Source of the DNA: Acidobacteriota bacterium
GTDB taxonomy: Bacteria; Acidobacteriota; UBA6911; JACQSX01
Length of the DNA: 64,000 nucleotides
NCBI GenBank assembly: GCA_036507075.1
Contig: DASXQR010000187.1
Span: 1-64,000 of the forward strand
Direction of reading: 5' to 3'
The translations under genes and the position numbers were made by a program. Of this stretch, positions 26,845-36,272 are shown one piece after another (position 1 is the stretch's first letter; the number at the start of each line of letters is the position of its first letter). Below the pieces are notes generated by a model, which saw nothing but the letters and a program-made list of their open reading frames with translations, was not told the DNA's origin and did not search any database.

Positions 26845-27272
26845 CGGGTTACGAGTTGGCGAGTTGCGGGTTGATGAGTTGCGGAAGACGGAAAGCAGGA
26901 GGCAGGAGGCAGGAAGCAGCAAGCAGGCGTATCGTCCCAGTACATATCTGGAAGCCGGCCACAAAAGCATTCACCGCCGAGGCGCAGAGTACGCTGAGAT
27001 TTCGCGGAGGCTGGACTGCAACTCTGCGAGACCTCGGCGATCTCGGCGACTCTGCGGTGAAAGCACTATGACCAATCGGCAGCCGGCAAATATAAGCACC
27101 ACGCTCTTGCAGGCATGGTTGGGGTTGCAGTTCGTTGTCCAGTTTATGAATAATCCGGGCTTACGCGCGCGGTTCGACTGGGAGCTATGCCTCCTGCCTC
27201 CTGCCTCCTGCCTCCTGCCTCCTGCCTTCCGCCTCCTGCCTCCTGCCTTCCGCCTTCCGCCAACCCGCTGCC
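26845..27272. repeat. Nested repeat (GCGGGTT, GGCAGGA arrays, CACCGC.GAG palindrome, ATGAATAATCCGGG end)
   Basis: Mirror layers between convergent genes. Confidence 0.8.
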
Positions 27273-27273
27273 C

Positions 27274-28317
27274 TTACTCCCCGGTCTCGAATTCCAATCT
27301 GACCATATCGAGAATGGTCACCAGAAATACGATGATAACCGGGCCGAGAATAAGTCCTGAGAATCCGAAAATGGCAATGCCCCCCAGAATTCCAAAAAAA
27401 ATCAGAAGCGCGTGCATCCCCTGAGAGGTTTTATGAATTACAAACGGACGCACAATGTTGTCCAAGGTTGAAATCACCAAAGCTCCATAAAGGGCCAGTA
27501 CCAGGGCCCTGCCCCAAGATTCGGTCAGCAGAAGATAAAGAGTTGCCGGCACCCATACCAGGCCGGTTCCTACCATCGGCACCATCGAAGTAAACGCGGC
27601 CATTGATGCCCACAGAAACGCATTATGAAAACCGAGCAACCACAGTATCAGTCCGGTCGCTATCCCCTGAGCGAGCGCTGTGATAAAGGTTCCAAAGAAT
27701 GTTGCGCGGATCATTTCCTCGAGCCTGTCCACCATCAGATTCTTGTGAGAGCGACTGAGCGGGATCACTTCCTTGATTTGCCTGAGGAACGAGTGCCCGT
27801 CGCGGAACAGGAAAAACAAAGTGAAGATCATGATGAAAAAGTCAGCCACAATGCCGGCAAAACCGGCCAAAATGGTGGAGCTGTTACGCACCAGAAACAT
27901 CCCTCCTTCATGGACCGCCGTATCGATGCTGCTGCGCAGATCGGTCTGGGGGAGTCCAAGAATCCTCCGTGCCCGGTTCCATGCCGCGATCGTTTTCGCG
28001 CTCCCGGCAACCTGGACATTCCATTTCTGGTAGTCACCCATGGCGCGCTGTATCTCCGAGACCAGGGTGTTTGCCAGAAGAAATGTGGGAATAATGATCA
28101 GGATCGTGAGCGAAAAACACATCACAAACGCCGCCAGGTTGCGCCTGTCGCCCAGTCTACGTTTGAGAGCATCATAAAGCGGATGGAATAACGTGACTGC
28201 AACCACAGCAAGCAGAATGGGCGTGATGAAAGGGGATAAAATCAAAAAAAACAGCGCCAGCACCACTCCGAAACAGGCCAGCAGAAACGTTCTGGACGAT
28301 TTGGAACTATCGGCCAC
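27274..28317 (-). CDS. AI-2E family transporter
   Basis: Multi-TM protein; FFLFRDG, AQG, DNIVRP and GFSGLILGP. Confidence 0.9.
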   Translation of the reverse strand: MADSSKSSRTFLLACFGVVLALFFLILSPFITPILLAVVAVTLFHPLYDALKRRLGDRRNLAAFVMCFSLTILIIIPTFLLANTLVSEIQRAMGDYQKWNVQVAGSAKTIAAWNRARRILGLPQTDLRSSIDTAVHEGGMFLVRNSSTILAGFAGIVADFFIMIFTLFFLFRDGHSFLRQIKEVIPLSRSHKNLMVDRLEEMIRATFFGTFITALAQGIATGLILWLLGFHNAFLWASMAAFTSMVPMVGTGLVWVPATLYLLLTESWGRALVLALYGALVISTLDNIVRPFVIHKTSQGMHALLIFFGILGGIAIFGFSGLILGPVIIVFLVTILDMVRLEFETGE

Positions 28318-29044
28318 GAATCACCTCACGGTAGTAATCACAGACGGCAGTGAGATTGCACCTATCGCATAATGGCTTGCGTGCCTGGCATACCTTGCGA
28401 CCGTGCCAGATCATCTGGTGACCAAAGGAGATCCATCGCTCCCTTGGAATCTTTGCGGTCAGATCCTGTTCAATCTTTTCGGGGTCTTCATTTTCGGTGA
28501 GCCCCAGCCTTTGGCTGACCCGACGCACGTGAGTGTCGACCACAATCCCTTCGGCGATTCCAAAGGCGGTTCCCAGCACCACGTTGGCAGTCTTGCGCGC
28601 AACGCCCGGCAGCGTCAGAAGCTGGTCCATCCGCCGGGGAACTTTGCCTCTGAACTCCCTGTCAAGAATCGTGGCTGCACCTTTAATGCTCTTGGTCTTA
28701 TTTCTGAAAAACCCTGTGGTTTTGATCTCTTCCTGGAGAATCTCCGGATCTGCTTTTGCATAGTCTCCGACAGTCTTGTATTTCTTGAACAGATGCGGCG
28801 TGACTTTGTTGACGCGCGTGTCTGTGCATTGCGCCGACAGGATTGTCGCGACCAGCAGTTGGAGGGGGTTTTGAAAATCCAAGGCGCACCGGGCGTCCGG
28901 GTAAGCTTCGTCCAGGCCCTCGAGAATCTTCGCGACTTTCGCGGGCGTGCTGAGGTTTTTAGTAGAAAGCTGTCGAGGAGAGGGCGGCTTGCCCGACCTT
29001 TTGCCGGGGCGGACTTTCGACTGTACCTTTGCCATTGCTGTCAT
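28307..29044 (-). CDS. nth: Endonuclease III
   Basis: ILSAQCTD, LPGVARKTANVV, VDTHV and C..RKP.C..C.....C. Confidence 0.95.
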   Translation of the reverse strand: MTAMAKVQSKVRPGKRSGKPPSPRQLSTKNLSTPAKVAKILEGLDEAYPDARCALDFQNPLQLLVATILSAQCTDTRVNKVTPHLFKKYKTVGDYAKADPEILQEEIKTTGFFRNKTKSIKGAATILDREFRGKVPRRMDQLLTLPGVARKTANVVLGTAFGIAEGIVVDTHVRRVSQRLGLTENEDPEKIEQDLTAKIPRERWISFGHQMIWHGRKVCQARKPLCDRCNLTAVCDYYREVIRGR

Positions 29045-29216
29045 CCTGCTGATAATTCTCCATTTAGAGTACCTGAAAAACTCATCAACTTCCCATCCAG
29101 AAGTGTATCTTTAGAAGTAGCAGGCAGACAGGGGTAAAATTTACCTGCGTGCTCTGTCCGTGGTTTGTCGCATCCAGCAGAAGGGCTGCGAGCCGACGAG
29201 AGGATGGTGGAAAGCA

Positions 29217-29471
29217 ATGAAATATAGAGTTTTACAGTGGCTCTCGCTGTTTATTGTTGCGGCCGGGGTCCTGTTTTTTCTCACTTTCGAATCGAAGGCG
29301 ACCCTCAAGTACACAAAAGAGACCGAAAAGAACTGCGCGTTCTGCCATACCGGTATTCCCCGCAAGGGAGATGAGAACCCGCAACTTACTGAAGACGGAA
29401 AGCGTTTCAAGGAAAACGGCTACAAGCTGACAGACGCGCAAAAAGAAAAGCCTAACCCGCAGAGGGATTGA
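29217..29471 (+). CDS. Small exported monoheme cytochrome c-like protein
   Basis: Signal-like N-terminus and CAFCH heme motif. Confidence 0.75.
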   Translation: MKYRVLQWLSLFIVAAGVLFFLTFESKATLKYTKETEKNCAFCHTGIPRKGDENPQLTEDGKRFKENGYKLTDAQKEKPNPQRD

Positions 29472-29536
29472 GGGATTGAGGGATGGAGGGTAATCGCATG
29501 TCCCTCCGTCCCTTCATCCCTCCATCCCTCCATCCC

Positions 29537-30778
29537 TCAGTCGAAATAGGTGCCACTCGGGATCACCACTACGCCGTTTGCGCTTAAGGTAAATCGGCTG
29601 CCGTCTTCGCCCTGATCGACGCCAATCTGCGTGCCGTCGGGGATCCGCACTCCTTCATCAATGATCACTTTGCGAAGGTTGCAGTTTCGGCCCACCTCAA
29701 CGTTCTCCATCAGAATTGAATCGGCCACCTTCGAATAACTTCGGACGCGCACGCCCGGCGAAAGAATACTGCGGCGCACCAAACCGCCGCTGATAATGCA
29801 GCCGCTCGAGATGATCGAATCCAGGCAGGTTCCAACGCGAGACTGGTCAGGAAGATCGAACAGCATCTTTGCCGGAGGGCGCTGAGGCTGCAGCGTTCGA
29901 ATGGGCCATTCCGGATCGTATAGATTGAACGCCGGATTCACTGATACCAGATCCATGCTCGCGTCATAATAAGAGTCGAGCGTCCCGATGTCGCGCCAGT
30001 ATTCACTCGCCTGACGGTTTTCGTCCAGAAAGGGATAGGCGTAAATCCCGGCTCCGGAAGAAACCAGACGCGGCATTACGTTCTTGCCAAAGTCGTGGTC
30101 CGTAGATTCCTGTTTTGCGTCCTCTATGACGGCGCGCACCAGTTCCGCCGTGTTGAAGATATAGACTCCCATATTTACAAACAGCTCGGGTTCCGTGGTC
30201 AGTGTCTCCGGATTTTCGGGTTTTTCCACAAACCCGGTTACCCGCCAATCATCCGAGAGTTGAAGCACCCCGAAGCGTCGAGCCTCCCGTGCCGGCACAT
30301 GCACCGCTCCGATCGTGACACTGGCGTTATGCCCGATGTGCGCGTCCAGCATCAGCGAATAATTCATTTTGTAGATGTGATCGCCTGAGAGAACCACAAC
30401 ATGCCCGGGCTGTTCCTCTTCCAGCAGATCAATATTCTGGTAGACAGCATCGGCGGTTCCACGATACCAGCTGCCTGCAAAATGCTGCTGCGGAGGCACC
30501 GTGAAGATAAATTCATCCTTGTCATGATTGAAAATGTTCCAGCCCAGGCGGATGTGCTTATCAGTGGAAAGAGATCGGTATTGAGTCAGAACATAAATTC
30601 GGCGCAGTCCTGAATTGAGGCAGTTGGAAAGCGTAAAATCCAGAATGCGGTAAACCCCGCCGAACGATACAGACGGCTTGGCTCGCCATTTCGTCAATGG
30701 ATAAAGCCGCTCCCCCTGACCGCCCGCCAAAATCAGGGTGAGTGTCCCGCGGAGCAGATGGGTTCGGTCTGGAATCAT
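29537..30778 (-). CDS. glgC: Glucose-1-phosphate adenylyltransferase
   Basis: LAGGQGERLYPLT..RAKP, GTADAVYQN, GDHIYKM, EKP and YWRDIGT. Confidence 0.95.
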   Translation of the reverse strand: MIPDRTHLLRGTLTLILAGGQGERLYPLTKWRAKPSVSFGGVYRILDFTLSNCLNSGLRRIYVLTQYRSLSTDKHIRLGWNIFNHDKDEFIFTVPPQQHFAGSWYRGTADAVYQNIDLLEEEQPGHVVVLSGDHIYKMNYSLMLDAHIGHNASVTIGAVHVPAREARRFGVLQLSDDWRVTGFVEKPENPETLTTEPELFVNMGVYIFNTAELVRAVIEDAKQESTDHDFGKNVMPRLVSSGAGIYAYPFLDENRQASEYWRDIGTLDSYYDASMDLVSVNPAFNLYDPEWPIRTLQPQRPPAKMLFDLPDQSRVGTCLDSIISSGCIISGGLVRRSILSPGVRVRSYSKVADSILMENVEVGRNCNLRKVIIDEGVRIPDGTQIGVDQGEDGSRFTLSANGVVVIPSGTYFD

Positions 30779-30839
30779 GAAAGCATGGGCAGCGCCGGTC
30801 CGGCCTGCTGTTACCCCGGATTGTTCACGAACCTAAGCA

Positions 30840-31058
30840 CTAGCCCGGATTATTCATAATCTTTAACCGCGAAGAGCGCCAAGAACGCTAAGACCAGCGC
30901 GCGGTGATGGCCTGGAGCTCAAAGCATGAAGGCCAATAAAGATTGCGTGCTGTTTTTTTCCGTTGGCCTTCATGCTTTGAGCTACAGGCCGTCACCCCGC
31001 GCCATCTTGGCGCTCTTAGCGTTCTTGGCGGTGAAGATTAATGAATAATCCAGGCTAG
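30840..31058. mobile_element. MITE-like nested palindrome with CCCGGATTATTCAT ends and CTAG at both sides
   Basis: CTAGCCCGGATTATTCAT...ATGAATAATCCAGGCTAG enclosing nonamer arrays and an inner AGCTCAAAGCATGAAGGCCAA stem. Confidence 0.7.
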
Positions 31059-31101
31059 CCGCCGATTACGCGACCTACGCCGATTGACAGGGGAGCGGAA
31101 A

Positions 31102-31485
31102 TCAGGCTGAAGCGAATCCCTTCTTCACCAGTACTTCTTCAACTTTCGACTTGAGGACTTCGATGTCGGAAGACTTCACGACATAAGCATCGGCCGCCCA
31201 GCTCATGAAATTGTTCTGATAGCTGGTGTAAGCGGTATTCAGGATGACAGGGATGTCCCGCTTCTTGCCTAAAATCTTTCCCAGCGCTTCAATACCATCC
31301 ATCCCCGGCATGCGAATATCCAGAATGACGAGATCGGGGCCTTCACTCTCAACCTTTTCCACCGCTGAGGCGCCGTTCTCCGCCAGCAAGACTTCATATC
31401 CATACTGTTTAAAGGCTTTCTCATACAAACGACGTATGTTCTTTTCATCGTCAACAATCAACAGCTTTATCGGCCTGTCTCGCAT
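31102..31485 (-). CDS. Single-domain response regulator
   Basis: LIVDDE, LDIRMPGMDG, TAY and K. Confidence 0.92.
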   Translation of the reverse strand: MRDRPIKLLIVDDEKNIRRLYEKAFKQYGYEVLLAENGASAVEKVESEGPDLVILDIRMPGMDGIEALGKILGKKRDIPVILNTAYTSYQNNFMSWAADAYVVKSSDIEVLKSKVEEVLVKKGFASA

Positions 31486-31544
31486 GGCACCTCCTTACCG
31501 CAAAAGCTGGCGCTCGAATAAGACCGTTTTTACCATGAATACAA

Positions 31545-33284
31545 CTAAGCCCCGTAATCACTCGCGGGCAGGAGAATCGAAAACTCCGTTCCTCTTCCTT
31601 CTTCGCTTGAGACTTCAATGCTGCCGCGGTGGGCGTCGACTATTTGCGCAACAACGGCAAGGCCCAAACCCGCCCCGGACTGCTTGGTGCTGAAAAAGGG
31701 CGTAAAAATCTTGTTAAGGTGCTCCACCGGGATTCCACACCCAGTGTCTCGCACCTTGATCAAAATGTTCTCTCCGGTTTTCTGAGTGACCAGATCTATC
31801 GTACCGCCTCTTTCCATAGCCTGCAATGAATTCATCAGAAGGTTGTAAAACACCTGAGTCAGTTGGCCGGAATCGGCGGAAATAACCGGCACATCGGAAC
31901 AGAACTCGCGCACCACATTTACTTTGCGCTCTTCTATTTCCAGACGCAGCGCCTCCAGGGTTCTGGCCAAAACCAGGTGCAAATCGGTGGGCTGCAGGCT
32001 TGCTTCCTGTGCCGTAGAGTACTGTAGAATATTTTCCACGATCTTCTCCAGGCGCATCACCTCGGCGATCACAATTTCAATGTCCTCACGCATCGGGTGG
32101 GAACCGGACATCTCCTTTGCCAGCAGCCGGGCGAAACCGCCGATCGCCACCAGCGGGTTGCGTATTTCGTGGGCCACGGTAGCGGCCATTTTGCCGACTG
32201 TAGACAGGCGTTCCGCGCGAAGCAGCTTCTGTTGATTTTCCTGCAGCTTTTCTCTCGACCTTTCAAGCGCGCGAATCTTCTCCTGCAGATCGCGGTAGAG
32301 CTGTGAAGTTTCAATGCCCGAACTTGCATGGCTGGCGAAGATTTCAAGCAGTTTAACCTGTGTCGATGTAATCGATCTTCTATTAATCAGATTGTCGACG
32401 ATCAAAACTCCGATTTCGCGCTTCTGCGTATACAGCGGTATTACAGCAAACGTGTCCGAACCAAGAATGTCAGCCAGATCAGGATCAGAAATCAATCCCT
32501 CCTCGGCCATTCCCCGGATCACATTGAATGATTTCTTTTCCGTAAGAGCGCGAACCAGGAGACTGTTGATATTTTGGAGAGATAATTCGACGGCGCGAAT
32601 TTGCGCGCTGATGGCCGTGTCAACCAACGGCCGGGCGGGATCATAGGCGCCCAGAATATCTCCCAGCGTCCAGGCTTTCTCGCTCAGATCGGCCCAGATC
32701 CTGCCTGCTTCATGCGAATCGCAGGGACCGATGGCGGCTCTTCCCTCGAGCTTTTGAGTCTGGGGTGAAAAGAGCAGGAGGAAGGCCCGATTGAACTGTA
32801 ATCCCTGCTGTGCAGTTACACCGACCAGGGTTATGTAAAGGACCTCATTCAGGTCGGTGGTACGCTGCAGCGCTTTACTGAACTCGTTCAGCGTAGCCAG
32901 TTCATTGACACGCCTGCTGAGGTCGGCTTCGAAGCGTTTCTTCTGGGTGACATCCCGCCCCAGCAAAACTATTTCACGGACCCGCTGCTGCGGATCCAGC
33001 ATCGGATAACTGACCAGTTCGACCTGGACATCGCTGTCGGTTTCACTCTGGAAGGAAATATTCAGCTCTCCTTCGAGCAGGCGGTCGGGAGGCAGGAAGC
33101 TGAATATATCGAACTCGCCGAGCGCAAGCTGATACTTGGCCAGTTCATACCAGGTGCGCCCCACGATTTTATCGGAGGGGATTCTGAGCAACTGCAGCAT
33201 CTCCGGATTCACCGAGATAATCCGGAAATCGCTCGGGTTCACCACCATCATCCCGTCGCGCATTTCAGCCGAACTTTCCGGCAT
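31545..33284 (-). CDS. PAS/GAF sensor histidine kinase
   Basis: AHEIRNPL, QVFYNLLMNS, DTGCGI, PFFSTK and GLGLA. Confidence 0.93.
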   Translation of the reverse strand: MPESSAEMRDGMMVVNPSDFRIISVNPEMLQLLRIPSDKIVGRTWYELAKYQLALGEFDIFSFLPPDRLLEGELNISFQSETDSDVQVELVSYPMLDPQQRVREIVLLGRDVTQKKRFEADLSRRVNELATLNEFSKALQRTTDLNEVLYITLVGVTAQQGLQFNRAFLLLFSPQTQKLEGRAAIGPCDSHEAGRIWADLSEKAWTLGDILGAYDPARPLVDTAISAQIRAVELSLQNINSLLVRALTEKKSFNVIRGMAEEGLISDPDLADILGSDTFAVIPLYTQKREIGVLIVDNLINRRSITSTQVKLLEIFASHASSGIETSQLYRDLQEKIRALERSREKLQENQQKLLRAERLSTVGKMAATVAHEIRNPLVAIGGFARLLAKEMSGSHPMREDIEIVIAEVMRLEKIVENILQYSTAQEASLQPTDLHLVLARTLEALRLEIEERKVNVVREFCSDVPVISADSGQLTQVFYNLLMNSLQAMERGGTIDLVTQKTGENILIKVRDTGCGIPVEHLNKIFTPFFSTKQSGAGLGLAVVAQIVDAHRGSIEVSSEEGRGTEFSILLPASDYGA

Positions 33285-33300
33285 GCAAAATTACCCCCTT

Positions 33301-33453
33301 TCACCACAAAGACTCAAAGGACACAAAGTGTGACGAGGGTCAGACAGAGGCCGGTCAGCCGTGCAAGCTGAGTTGTGGCCGCAAACTATTGAAGCGGACC
33401 GGGCCTCTGTCTGACCCTCGTCTCGCTTCGTGTCCTTTGTGCCTTTGTGGTGA
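33301..33453. repeat. Nonamer-bounded palindrome with inner perfect 21-bp arms (GACGAGGGTCAGACAGAGGCC)
   Basis: 33332-33352 pairs with 33402-33422. Confidence 0.88.
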
Positions 33454-33489
33454 AAATTCCCTAATCAAACTTTACATCTGAATACAGGA

Positions 33490-34965
33490 TTATCGCATTT
33501 TACCGATGACAAGCTGATAGAGCTCTTTATATCGGACCGCGCTTTTCTTCCACGAGAAGTCCTCTGCCATGCCGCGCCTCATCAGCGCTCTCCACCCTGT
33601 TTTGTCCTGAAAGGCGAACATGGCGCGTCTCATTGCTTCGAGCATTTCACGACTGGAATAAGAAAAGAACTTGAATCCGTTACCCTGAGGATCCTGATGG
33701 TAATCTTTGACCGTATCGGCCAGTCCGCCGGTATGCCGCACAATAGGAACCGTGCCATAACGAAGGCTGTACATTTGGTTTAGCCCGCAAGGCTCGTAGC
33801 GCGAGGGCATTAGAAACATGTCGCTGCCCGCCTCAATCCAGTGCGCCAGCTTGTCGTCGAAACCAAAGTTTGCGCTCAACCGCTGGGGGAACCGCCTGGC
33901 CGCATCCTGGAAGGCCTGGTGGTACTTTTTCTGCCCCGAGCCAAGCAGAACCATTTGCACATTCATATCAGTGATCTGCGGCAGCGCTTCCAGCACCAGA
34001 TCCAATCCTTTCTGATCGACCAGCCGCGAAATGATGCCTATCAACGGAATCGCGCTGTCCACGGGAAAACCGCAGGCTTGCTGCAGTTCCGATTTGTCCT
34101 TCGCCTTTCCCGCCAGCCGGCCCGCACTGTAGCGGGCCGGAATGAACTCGTCGGTCGCCGGATTCCACTGCTGATCGTCAACCCCGTTCAAAATGCCGTG
34201 GAGATCACCCCGCCTGCTGTGCAGCACCGTCTCAAGCCCGTGCCCGTACTCGGGGCTATATTGGATTTCGCGGGCGTAGGTGGGACTGACCGTGTTGATC
34301 ACATCGGCGAACAGGATACCCGCCTTCATCATGTTGAGGTCTCCGAAATACTCGAAGGGTCCATTGGGGTAGGTGAGATCGCGCGGAAGATCGGTGAGCT
34401 TGAAAAGGTCCATTCCGACGCGTCCCTGATAAGCCAGGTTGTGAATGGTATACAGAGACCCTACCCGCGCCAAATCCTTATCGGCTCGAAAAACAAGCTT
34501 GAGGTATGCCGGTATCAGAGCCGTGTGTGAATCGTTGCAGTGTATTACGTGGGGCAACCAGCCTATCCTGCGGCACGCGACAAATACAGCTTTCATAAAA
34601 AACACAAACCGCTGGAAGTTGTCCCAATACCCTTCGCCCGAAACAGGGTCGTCGTAAATTCCCGGACGCGAGAAAAAATCCGAATTGCCAACAAAGTAAA
34701 TAGGGACCGAGGATCCCGGCAGTTCGGCTTCCCACAGGTCGGCGCCAAAGGTATAAATCTCCAGCGGGATCCGGCCTAAATCCGCCTTCCAGCGGATCCG
34801 TTCTGCTTCACGCAGGTCTCCATAGCGGGGGACGATGACGCGCGCATCTACATCAAGTTTTGCCAGCGCCGCCGGCAGGGCGCCAACCACGTCGGCCAGA
34901 CCGCCCGCCTTGGCAAAAGGCGCAGCTTCAGCGGCGGCGATTAGAACACGCAACTTCTCGGCCAT
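33490..34965 (-). CDS. glgA: Glycogen synthase
   Basis: KAGGLADV, HNLAYQG, SRLVDQKG and PSRYEPCGL. Confidence 0.95.
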   Translation of the reverse strand: MAEKLRVLIAAAEAAPFAKAGGLADVVGALPAALAKLDVDARVIVPRYGDLREAERIRWKADLGRIPLEIYTFGADLWEAELPGSSVPIYFVGNSDFFSRPGIYDDPVSGEGYWDNFQRFVFFMKAVFVACRRIGWLPHVIHCNDSHTALIPAYLKLVFRADKDLARVGSLYTIHNLAYQGRVGMDLFKLTDLPRDLTYPNGPFEYFGDLNMMKAGILFADVINTVSPTYAREIQYSPEYGHGLETVLHSRRGDLHGILNGVDDQQWNPATDEFIPARYSAGRLAGKAKDKSELQQACGFPVDSAIPLIGIISRLVDQKGLDLVLEALPQITDMNVQMVLLGSGQKKYHQAFQDAARRFPQRLSANFGFDDKLAHWIEAGSDMFLMPSRYEPCGLNQMYSLRYGTVPIVRHTGGLADTVKDYHQDPQGNGFKFFSYSSREMLEAMRRAMFAFQDKTGWRALMRRGMAEDFSWKKSAVRYKELYQLVIGKMR

Positions 34966-35993
34966 TAAACTTCTGCTTCGCGCAGGAATCGCGCCGCTTC
35001 CTCGGGAGCAGCGGGATTGACATAAAAGCCTGTGCCCCACTCAAAACCTGCCACCCGGGTCAGCCGCGGAAGGATTTCTATGTGCCAGTGAAAGTCCTGT
35101 TCAATCGTTTGCCAATACGTCACCCGCCGGGCGCCCGCTTTCGTGTTGGGCGACGTGTGGAGCACGAAGTTGTAGGGCGGATCATTCAACGTTACTTTGA
35201 TACGGCGCAGCGTCTCGCTGAAGATTCCGGCAAGAGAGCGAATCTGATCGTCTGTGATGGCGGCAAAATCGTGGCGATGGCGCCTGGGCGCCAGAAAAAC
35301 TTCAAAGGGAAAGCGAGAAGCATAGGGCGTGATAACCACAAAGTCATCGTTAAGGGCGACCACGCGCGTACCGGCCTCAAGTTCATCCTGGATGATATCG
35401 CAGTAGATGCATCTTTCCTTCAGATTGAAGTGCTCCATTGCTGACTTCAATTCCATGGCAACGTTCTTGGGCGTCACAGGTGTGGCGATCAACTGGCTGT
35501 GCGGATGCGCCAGCGTAGCGCCTGCGGCAAGACCGTAATTCTTGAAAATCAGGACATAGCGAAGTCTCCGATCATTCATCAGATCATTCAACCGGTCGCG
35601 ATAGGCTCGCAAAACCAGTTCCACCTGCGAAAGCGCCAGATCCGGCAGGTTGACTTCGTGATCCGGACTTTCCACGATCACTTCGTGGGCTCCCACCCCG
35701 TTCATCGCATCATACAAGCCGTGACCGCGTCGTTTTAGCTCGCCTTCCACTTTCAGCGCCGGAAACTTGTTGGGCACGACACGCACCCGCCATCCGGGGG
35801 TGTTCGGCGCGGAACCATTCGTCCTGATGGAATAGATCTCCGCAGGCGCCTTGGCTTCGTTTCCTTCGCAAAACGGGCAGAAACCGCCGTCCGGCATGGT
35901 GTTGTCAACGACAAAGTCGTCAGGCCTTCGGCCCCGTTCCGTAGAAATAATCACCCAGCGATGCTGCAGCGGGTCATGCCGCAATTCGGGCAC
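34965..35993 (-). CDS. galT: Galactose-1-phosphate uridylyltransferase (class I)
   Basis: CPFCEGNE, PNKFPAL, HPHSQ and GFEWGTG. Confidence 0.92.
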   Translation of the reverse strand: MPELRHDPLQHRWVIISTERGRRPDDFVVDNTMPDGGFCPFCEGNEAKAPAEIYSIRTNGSAPNTPGWRVRVVPNKFPALKVEGELKRRGHGLYDAMNGVGAHEVIVESPDHEVNLPDLALSQVELVLRAYRDRLNDLMNDRRLRYVLIFKNYGLAAGATLAHPHSQLIATPVTPKNVAMELKSAMEHFNLKERCIYCDIIQDELEAGTRVVALNDDFVVITPYASRFPFEVFLAPRRHRHDFAAITDDQIRSLAGIFSETLRRIKVTLNDPPYNFVLHTSPNTKAGARRVTYWQTIEQDFHWHIEILPRLTRVAGFEWGTGFYVNPAAPEEAARFLREAEV

Positions 35994-36011
35994 AGATTCC
36001 TCCTGTCAATG

Positions 36012-36228
36012 CCAGCCCGGATTATTCATAAATCTTCACCGCCAAGACCTCTAAGAGCGCTAAGAAAAGCGCCAAGGACGGGGGCTGAAACTTGAAGCAT
36101 GAAGGCCAGCAACCCTTTCTTCCGTCTGCGCAGTGTCTTCATGCTTCAAGTTTCAGCCCCCGTCCTTGGCGCTCTCTTGGCGTTCTTGGCGGTCTTCGCG
36201 GTTAAGTTTTTTGGGAATAATCCGCTAG
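36012..36228. mobile_element. MITE-like nested palindrome (copy C) with perfect 37-bp inner arms
   Basis: 36068-36104 pairs with 36137-36173; CCCGGATTATTCAT left end. Confidence 0.75.
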
Positions 36229-36272
36229 TCCTGTGGAATGGTATTCCAACCGCGGCTTTGTCGCCAAAAGAT

